DNA of 64,000 nucleotides from Coxiellaceae bacterium (GTDB lineage Bacteria; Pseudomonadota; Gammaproteobacteria; Berkiellales; Berkiellaceae): NCBI GenBank assembly GCA_947478905.1, contig CANJXG010000003.1, positions 2,337 to 66,336 of the forward strand, read 5' to 3'. Shown piece by piece: positions 57,931 to 64,000 of this stretch (position 1 is its first letter; each line of letters starts with the position of its first letter). The notes under the pieces were generated by a model. It saw only the letters and a program-made list of their open reading frames with translations, ran no database searches and was not told where the DNA came from. The position numbers and the translations under genes were made by a program.

Positions 57931-58878
57931 GTTTTAGCAGACAAATGCAATCAAGAAGACACAGGAACACTAATCATGTCGAAATCATATAATAATGCAC
58001 AACTTGAGCAATTTGATGATCTATTTATCGGAGATCCAGTAGATATTGAAAAAAATATGTCTGCCCTGCTCCCTCAAGCGAATTCTTTAGAAAACAAATC
58101 TATCTATTTACAAAAATTATCCCAAATTGCCCTAGCACAAGCTATGCAACAAAAATTCGACTTAGCTCATAAAACTCTTGATACCGCAGAGGCAGGTCTT
58201 ACACCAGAATATGAACTTGCTCGGGTAAGGGTTTTACTTGAACGTGGACGTGTTTTTCATCAGGCTGATAACCTGAATGCAGCATTACCATTATTTAAGC
58301 AATCTTATGAATTAAGTAAAAAATGCAATTTTGACTTTCATACAATTAATGCTGCCCATATGGTCGCTATTATTGAAAATAAGTTCAATGACAAAATAAA
58401 ATGGAATAAAATAGCAATTGAACTGGCCGAAAAAACAGAAGATAAACGTGGGCAAGCATGGCTGGGTGCGCTCTATAATAACCTGGCTCAAAATTATATT
58501 GAATCAGAACAGTATCAACAAGCCTATTCTGCCTTTGAACAATCTAAAAAATTTGGAGAAGAAAGAAAAGATGCTATTATCGTTCGAGGTTCCAAATGGG
58601 GCATTGCTCGTGCTTTACGATCACTTAATCGCCTAGATGAAGCTCTTAACATGCAAGTTGCCTTGCTCGAAGAATATGAAGAACTAAATAAAAAAGGTGA
58701 ATTTCCTATCGAGTTACTGCAACTTAGCCGTGGAGTCGTTTACGAAGAATTAGCTGAAATTTATCTTACTAAAGCAAAAATCTATGCTGCCCTTGCCTAC
58801 CAAGATCTACATGCTAATCCTTGGTGCATAAAACTTATGTCAGAAAGATTAGACAAAATGAAACAGCTTAAAGATTAG
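57880..58878 (+). CDS. Secreted TPR-like helical-repeat protein
   Basis: Signal peptide MKKTILFLTFGLLFNTAVLA. TPR-like A/L/Y periodicity (WLGALYNNLAQNYIESEQYQQAYSAFEQS). Confidence 0.5.
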   Translation: MKKTILFLTFGLLFNTAVLADKCNQEDTGTLIMSKSYNNAQLEQFDDLFIGDPVDIEKNMSALLPQANSLENKSIYLQKLSQIALAQAMQQKFDLAHKTLDTAEAGLTPEYELARVRVLLERGRVFHQADNLNAALPLFKQSYELSKKCNFDFHTINAAHMVAIIENKFNDKIKWNKIAIELAEKTEDKRGQAWLGALYNNLAQNYIESEQYQQAYSAFEQSKKFGEERKDAIIVRGSKWGIARALRSLNRLDEALNMQVALLEEYEELNKKGEFPIELLQLSRGVVYEELAEIYLTKAKIYAALAYQDLHANPWCIKLMSERLDKMKQLKD

Positions 58879-58943
58879 ATGACCCATTATTTCTGAATGA
58901 GATAAGTAGTATAGTTTACACAAAATTAAAACGAGAAAGCAAT

Positions 58944-59420
58944 ATGAAATATAAAATTAGAAAAGCTAACCCATCAGATAATCAAATTATTTTAACTTTC
59001 ATTAAAGAATTAGCTGCATATGAAAATCTCGAAGACCAAGTAGTCGCCACAGTAGATGATATTGATAAAACTCTCTTCTGTCATAATCCTAAAGCAGAAG
59101 TGCTAATCCTTGAGGTTGATGATAAGCCTGCAGGCTTTGCCCTATTTTTTCATAATTACTCGACTTTTTTGTGTAAATATGGAATTTATATAGAAGATAT
59201 TTACGTTCACGATACTTATAGGGGGCGAGGATACGGAAAAGCGCTCCTAAAAAATATTTGTATGCTTGCAAAAGAACGTGATTGTGGCAGAGTGGAATGG
59301 TGGTGTCTAGATTGGAACAAACCTTCTATCGATTTTTATCTGCAATTAGGGGCAGAACCTATGTCTGATTGGACTGTTTATCGACTTAACAAAAAAGAAA
59401 TTGATGACATGACAAAATGA
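58944..59420 (+). CDS. GNAT-family N-acetyltransferase (diamine/spermidine acetyltransferase-like)
   Basis: IR.A...D...I...I.ELA.YE N-terminus; YRGRGYGKALL motif A; W.VLDWN..(S/A)I.FY. Confidence 0.8.
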   Translation: MKYKIRKANPSDNQIILTFIKELAAYENLEDQVVATVDDIDKTLFCHNPKAEVLILEVDDKPAGFALFFHNYSTFLCKYGIYIEDIYVHDTYRGRGYGKALLKNICMLAKERDCGRVEWWCLDWNKPSIDFYLQLGAEPMSDWTVYRLNKKEIDDMTK

Positions 59421-59456
59421 CCCATTTAAAGTCTTTGCAAAATTTGGAGAAAATCT

Positions 59457-59870
59457 TTGATTAAAATTGAAAAAACTATTACTCCCAATAGCCAGGATAT
59501 CGATTTTCTAACACAAAAAATAAATGAAGAAACGCCCAGTTTTGGAGCCGCTTATTCTTTTGCATTTTTTATTAAAAATGATAAAGGTGAAATCATAGCC
59601 GGCTGCAATGGATCTGTCGTATTTGGTTCTATTTATACTGATCAACTTTGGGTACATCCAGAACACCGAAAACAAGGTTTAGGTCAGAAGTTAATGGAAC
59701 AAGTACATCATTATGGTCGTGAGGTAGGTTGTACAATGGCGACTGTGGCAACGATGAGTTTTCAGGGAGCTCAACGATTTTATGAAAATTTAGGATATGG
59801 AAGTGATTTTGAGCGTCCAGGCTATATTCAAGATTCAAGCTGTATATTTTTAAGAAAAAGGCTTACATAA
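59457..59870 (+). CDS. Small GNAT-family N-acetyltransferase
   Basis: LWV.PE.R.QGLGQKLM motif A, FYE.LGY. TTG start preceded by ggag. Confidence 0.7.
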   Translation: MIKIEKTITPNSQDIDFLTQKINEETPSFGAAYSFAFFIKNDKGEIIAGCNGSVVFGSIYTDQLWVHPEHRKQGLGQKLMEQVHHYGREVGCTMATVATMSFQGAQRFYENLGYGSDFERPGYIQDSSCIFLRKRLT

Positions 59871-59897
59871 AAAAATGTACCCCAACTAACACATTAA

Positions 59898-59966
59898 CAC
59901 TATTTTGAGGCCAATATGAAAAAAACGATTCTATTTTTAAGCTTTGGATTATTATTTAATACGGCT
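59898..59966 (+). repeat. 69-nt direct repeat, copy B
   Basis: 66/69 identical to 57862-57930. Confidence 0.95.
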
Positions 59967-60701
59967 ACTATCGCCAGTACAAATTGCTTTTTAGCTAAAG
60001 AAAATAATACGGTCATCAAACAAGAAGGCACTGACTGTGCAACACGGTATGCACCTGAATCTAGTTTCAAAATCCCCCTTAGCATGATCGGTTTTGATTC
60101 TGGCATCTTGCAAAATGAAGACAATCCTTCCTTTCCATGTAAAAAGGAATATGATTATTTTATAAACGTATGTCAAGGACCCCATACTCCAAGAACATGG
60201 ATGAGGGATAGCTGCCTTTGGTACTCACAAGTATTAACTCAAAAACTTGGAATAGAAAAATTTCAAAGTTATATCAAAAAGTTTAACTATGGGAACAAAG
60301 AGATTAAGGGCGAAAATGCACTAACTAATGCGTGGGTTTCAGGTTCACTGAAAATTTCACCTCTAGAGCAAACAGAGTTTTTACAAAAATTTATAGATCA
60401 TAAGCTCCCAATAAGCGATAAAGCTTATGATATGACCAAAAAAATTATATTTCTACAAGAATTGCCTGGCGGCTGGAAACTATACGGCAAAACTGGCAAC
60501 GGCAGACAATTAGATAAAAACGGTAAAAAAACAGATTTGCAGCACGGTTGGTTCGTCGGATTTATTGAAAAAAATGGTCGAACAATCACATTCGCAAGTC
60601 ATATTACAGATGATAAAAAATGTGATACTTTTGCAAGCTTTAGAGCACGAAATGAAGCCCTAATTAAATTATACTACTTAATCAATGAGCTAGAAAAGTA
60701 A
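59916..60701 (+). CDS. Class D (OXA-type) beta-lactamase-like protein
   Basis: S-x-x-K as SSFK, S-x-V as SQV, YGN, KTG and GWFVGF, in canonical order and spacing. Signal peptide present. Confidence 0.8.
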   Translation: MKKTILFLSFGLLFNTATIASTNCFLAKENNTVIKQEGTDCATRYAPESSFKIPLSMIGFDSGILQNEDNPSFPCKKEYDYFINVCQGPHTPRTWMRDSCLWYSQVLTQKLGIEKFQSYIKKFNYGNKEIKGENALTNAWVSGSLKISPLEQTEFLQKFIDHKLPISDKAYDMTKKIIFLQELPGGWKLYGKTGNGRQLDKNGKKTDLQHGWFVGFIEKNGRTITFASHITDDKKCDTFASFRARNEALIKLYYLINELEK

Positions 60702-60748
60702 ACAGTAATTAGCATGAGCAATCAATAAAATAATAGGAAAAATTTAGA

Positions 60749-61669
60749 ATGGCAATTAATACACGTAGAGCAACCTCTGAAGATATAGCAGCTCTATGGG
60801 CAGTTAGAACGGCTGCCATTTTAGGCATAACCCAAAAATATTATACAAAACTTGAGATTGATACCTGGGCTTCAACGCCTAAACCTAATAACTTTGATAT
60901 AGTTATTCAGAAACTAGACTGGTATATCGCTGAAGAAGATGGTGCTATTGCTGGAAGTGGATTTTTAGATCGGGATACGGGTGAAATAGGCGGGATTTTT
61001 GTGAGTCCAAATTTTCAGCGTAAAAAGATCGGATTGCAGATTTTAAATCATCTCGAAGGGATAGCCAAAAAACATAAAATTGGAATGTTGTACTTAGATG
61101 CCACGTTAAATGCTGTCGATTTTTATAAAGCAGCAGGCTATTTTACCATAACCAAAAGCAAATATCATCATGTCAGTGGGTTGGCATTTGATTGTTTAAG
61201 AATGGAAAAAAATATCACAGCTGAACGAGCTAAAGTTAAAAACTATTTAATAGTAGTTCAATGTGGTATTGAACATGATGGGAAATTTTTAATTATTAAA
61301 AGACCAGTAGGTAAGGATGCTGGGGGGCTTCTCGCTTTTCCAGGTGGAAAAATTGACGAACAAGATGAGCTTCATCATTTTGATCTATTAAGAAATGCTG
61401 TTAAAAGAGAGATACTCGAAGAAGTCGGACTCATATTGCTTGATCCTCTTCACTATGTATCAAGCAGCTATTTTGTAGATGGCCACGGGAATCAGGTTAT
61501 TGCTACCATTTTTCATTGTGTGCTGAACACAACAGTACTCAATGTAATTCCTTGTAAACGTGAAGTTCCAGAATACTACTGGATGGATCAAGCAGAGATT
61601 AATCAAGCAACCAATGCTCCCGATTGGCTTAAAAATGATGTCGCTTTGATCACTAACAATATATCCTAG
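60749..61669 (+). CDS. GNAT N-acetyltransferase - Nudix hydrolase fusion protein
   Basis: N-terminal half has GGIFV.P..QRKKIG motif A and FY..AGY. C-terminal half has the Nudix box GGKIDE....(7-aa longer spacer)..AVKREILEEVGL. Confidence 0.75.
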   Translation: MAINTRRATSEDIAALWAVRTAAILGITQKYYTKLEIDTWASTPKPNNFDIVIQKLDWYIAEEDGAIAGSGFLDRDTGEIGGIFVSPNFQRKKIGLQILNHLEGIAKKHKIGMLYLDATLNAVDFYKAAGYFTITKSKYHHVSGLAFDCLRMEKNITAERAKVKNYLIVVQCGIEHDGKFLIIKRPVGKDAGGLLAFPGGKIDEQDELHHFDLLRNAVKREILEEVGLILLDPLHYVSSSYFVDGHGNQVIATIFHCVLNTTVLNVIPCKREVPEYYWMDQAEINQATNAPDWLKNDVALITNNIS

Positions 61670-61711
61670 TAAAATAGACATTGGTTGTTTATAACAGAAT
61701 AAATATATTGA

Positions 61712-62131
61712 TTACTTCTTTTCTGGATTATGCTTGAATTGAGGTATATCTGGATCAAATAAAACCCAAGCTTGGGCATCTTCAATCCACACATGCATGT
61801 CTGGTAAAAAACATTCTGCATTATCTAAGCTACTGGCAGAAACGGTCCGAATATGAGGCCAAATTTCAGGCCTAGCAAATAATGTAGAACCACAATTAGG
61901 GCAAAATCCAAGATGAACTTGCCCATTTGCACCCTTTCTGGTGAATTCTTTTAAGTCTCCTGAAATATTAAGACAGTCACTTTTTACAACTATAAACGGC
62001 CAAGAGGAGCCTCCCGTTAAATGCTGACAAGAACGGCAATGACAAACCCCTCTTTTTATTACTTCATCAGAAATATGATATCTTATATTTCCACAGAAGC
62101 ATCCTCCTGTCATTATTTGATTTTCAGCCAT
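61712..62131 (-). CDS. GFA/CENP-V-family zinc protein (glutathione-dependent formaldehyde-activating enzyme-like)
   Basis: GGCFCG..R(Y/F), CHC..C....G, FC..CGS..F cysteine pattern. Confidence 0.8.
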   Translation of the reverse strand: MAENQIMTGGCFCGNIRYHISDEVIKRGVCHCRSCQHLTGGSSWPFIVVKSDCLNISGDLKEFTRKGANGQVHLGFCPNCGSTLFARPEIWPHIRTVSASSLDNAECFLPDMHVWIEDAQAWVLFDPDIPQFKHNPEKK

Positions 62132-62160
62132 AATAACCTATAAAAGATCTGCTAGTCCTT

Positions 62161-63081
62161 TTAAAAAATTTCTTGTATATTGTTTGTCTTCAAAGAAGCA
62201 ATAAGTATCTTTTCAAGTTCAAGCTCATTTGCCTGATCTACTTTCTCAATAACATTCTGAGCTAAGTGACCAAATTTTTGCTCTAGTAGGATTTTCAATA
62301 TCTTACGCTCACCTGTTTCAATACCTTTTTCGATACCTATTCTCTCAGCTGAAGTTATATAATGTTGCATAACCACCTCTTCTTCATATTGTGTCATATT
62401 AATCATAAATTGTTTTTCCAAATCTGGCTCTAAGTTTAAGGCATAATCTATAAAAGTATACAAATCCAAGACCTCAGTCTTAGTATACCCTAAATGATAC
62501 AAATTCTTAACCAATCTTAGTTTGTTTTCAAACCTAAGCTGCGTGTTTGTTTGGGTTCTTAATGCCGCTAAGTGTGCTTCTATCACTTTTGCAATAGGAT
62601 TTCGGCTTTGCGCTAACCTTTCCAAATCAGCTTCAAAATCAATAAGCTTAATAATGGGATAGGTTAAGGTTAATTCACAACCCCATAGTTTTTTAGAATA
62701 CTGATTAGGGCGCCATGTTGGATTTTTGTCTGTCAAAATCGCTACACTCATTAGAGGTTTCTGATGACGATCATCAATACGATAATAATAACGATACATC
62801 CTTTCAGCAAAATCTTTATCTTGAGCACCTTGTATTTCTAAATGGATCAGAACAAAAGCTTTTTCACCGTCTTTTCTAAGCACTTCGACCAGTTTATCTG
62901 CTAGTCTAGTACCCACTTTAGCTTTCCTCTGAAGAGCTAATAATTCTTTGTCTAAGCACCGATAGGGGTGACTCCAATCAATTTGCTCTGCAACTTCAGG
63001 GAATAAAAAATCGAAGACAGATTGAAGGTAACGCTCTAAAATCAGTTTCCAAGGTGTGTCAAAATGTGAATGTGTTGTCAT
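62161..63081 (-). CDS. Rpn/YhgA-like PD-(D/E)XK recombination-promoting nuclease / putative transposase with a DUF4351-like C-terminus
   Basis: N-terminal D..(F/W)K.I......F...FLFPE; D/E-x-K-like core (LADKLVEV ... IHLEIQG). C-terminal helical block E.G...G..K(I/L)(I/L).(L/I)LEQKFG typical of DUF4351. Confidence 0.6.
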   Translation of the reverse strand: MTTHSHFDTPWKLILERYLQSVFDFLFPEVAEQIDWSHPYRCLDKELLALQRKAKVGTRLADKLVEVLRKDGEKAFVLIHLEIQGAQDKDFAERMYRYYYRIDDRHQKPLMSVAILTDKNPTWRPNQYSKKLWGCELTLTYPIIKLIDFEADLERLAQSRNPIAKVIEAHLAALRTQTNTQLRFENKLRLVKNLYHLGYTKTEVLDLYTFIDYALNLEPDLEKQFMINMTQYEEEVVMQHYITSAERIGIEKGIETGERKILKILLEQKFGHLAQNVIEKVDQANELELEKILIASLKTNNIQEIF

Positions 63082-63235
63082 ATAGGTAACCGGTGTAAAA
63101 TGAATATTTTTTTCAAAGCTAGCTTATCATAGACCCATGAAATTTTTTATTATATTTAAGCAAAATAATTATAAATTGCTCCCCAAGCTTAATTTAGTTT
63201 GAGTATTAGCTTATCTGATTGTGCCTAACAGCTTT

Positions 63236-63673
63236 CTAATATGATTTATGCTCATACAGATCTTCTATAAGTGAAGTCACCATCGAGTTTCTAGGTAATA
63301 TAGAAAATATACTTTTTTGACTAATACCATTTTCTCTCAAATAAACCCTCCATTCCCCATTTAATTCACCCATTTTATCCAAAAATTCCTGCCCCCTTCC
63401 ATCATCACACTGACTAGAAAGTATAAACTGCAGAGTCAATTGTAATAGCTCATACTCTATGGATAATGCCATATCTAAAATTAATTGATAACGATCAGTA
63501 AAAACTGGATCTGAAGAGCTGTACAACTTCCTAGGACAAGTTTGAAAAAGTTGACGAACCTCATTATCATCATTGCGCCCTAAGGCCTCAAAAATAGCTA
63601 TAAGGCGTTGTGGGGGCGTGAGTTGTTGGTAAACCATAGATTTAATCCTCATACTTATTTCTTCTTTACACAT
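63236..63673 (-). CDS. Hypothetical protein
   Basis: ORF only. Overlaps the upstream ORF by 19 nt. Confidence 0.35.
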   Translation of the reverse strand: MCKEEISMRIKSMVYQQLTPPQRLIAIFEALGRNDDNEVRQLFQTCPRKLYSSSDPVFTDRYQLILDMALSIEYELLQLTLQFILSSQCDDGRGQEFLDKMGELNGEWRVYLRENGISQKSIFSILPRNSMVTSLIEDLYEHKSY

Positions 63674-64000
63674 CGTTCTAGAACCTCTAAACGGTCACTC
63701 AATTCAGTAACTTCGACAATACGGGCTAAATGGCCTACGGCTGTGACCATTTGAACTGCAACATCTGGTGCTAATGAACCTTCAGCTGCTGCTGTTATAA
63801 AACTTTGTGCAACTTGGTCCATACGAAACTCAGCAGGTAAGCTCACTGAGATGGCTGCTGCCTGAGCTTTCAATGGCGGGCTAATACGGTCTAATATCAT
63901 CTTACAGGCCTGTAAGTCGCCCCCCAGAGCCGCACTCATTATGACCTGAACGACCTCATCAGAATGTGCTGCAAGTTGTTTGCGTATCACAGCGTTCTCA
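63655..64000 (-). CDS. Hypothetical protein, probably 5'-truncated by the window edge (mobile-element/phage-like small helical protein)
   Basis: The frame stays open to nt 64000 upstream of the GTG at 63990. Visibly less AT-rich than the core genome. Confidence 0.35.
   Translation of the reverse strand, partial: ENAVIRKQLAAHSDEVVQVIMSAALGGDLQACKMILDRISPPLKAQAAAISVSLPAEFRMDQVAQSFITAAAEGSLAPDVAVQMVTAVGHLARIVEVTELSDRLEVLERCVKKK

Overview
This is a densely coding, visibly AT-rich 64-kb bacterial chromosomal segment; GC content was not computed. All calls rest on reading motifs in the supplied ORF translations and on patterns seen directly in the DNA. No database or HMM search was possible.

The backbone is housekeeping: ttcA, hemF, nhaA, trhO, sohB, fliA, class I aldolase, beta-carbonic anhydrase, a RecD2-type helicase, a TerC protein, an M50 protease, an FtsH paralogue and tRNA-Arg(CCU).

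Interspersed are many genes typical of an intracellular, amoeba-associated gammaproteobacterium. The organism looks Legionellales-like, but that is inference only. These genes are:
- two tandem autotransporters;
- ankyrin-repeat proteins, including an AnkH-like ANK plus cysteine-protease-like protein;
- an EnhC-like Sel1-repeat protein;
- a UhpC-type MFS transporter;
- several coiled-coil or low-complexity orphans.

Four regions look accessory:
1. 15.9-16.5 kb. A small membrane-anchored protein whose N-terminus matches the layer pattern of a eukaryotic synaptobrevin/VAMP SNARE motif, but with Q at the zero layer. I consider this the most interesting object in the window.
2. About 26.1-34.8 kb. 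A RES-Xre toxin-antitoxin pair, two large diverged tandem paralogues with C-terminal ankyrin repeats, a DUF1499 lipoprotein and a tyrosine recombinase.
3. 40.7-47.1 kb. Five abutting or overlapping minus-strand genes ending in recD2.
4. 54.5-64.0 kb. An island downstream of tRNA-Arg with six GNAT domains, a VOC protein, a CPBP protease, a C39-like peptidase, a P-loop ATPase, a class D beta-lactamase-like gene, a GNAT-Nudix fusion, a GFA protein and an Rpn-type nuclease. It also contains a 69-nt direct repeat that gives two unrelated secreted proteins the same leader.

No rRNA, CRISPR array or intact IS element was seen.
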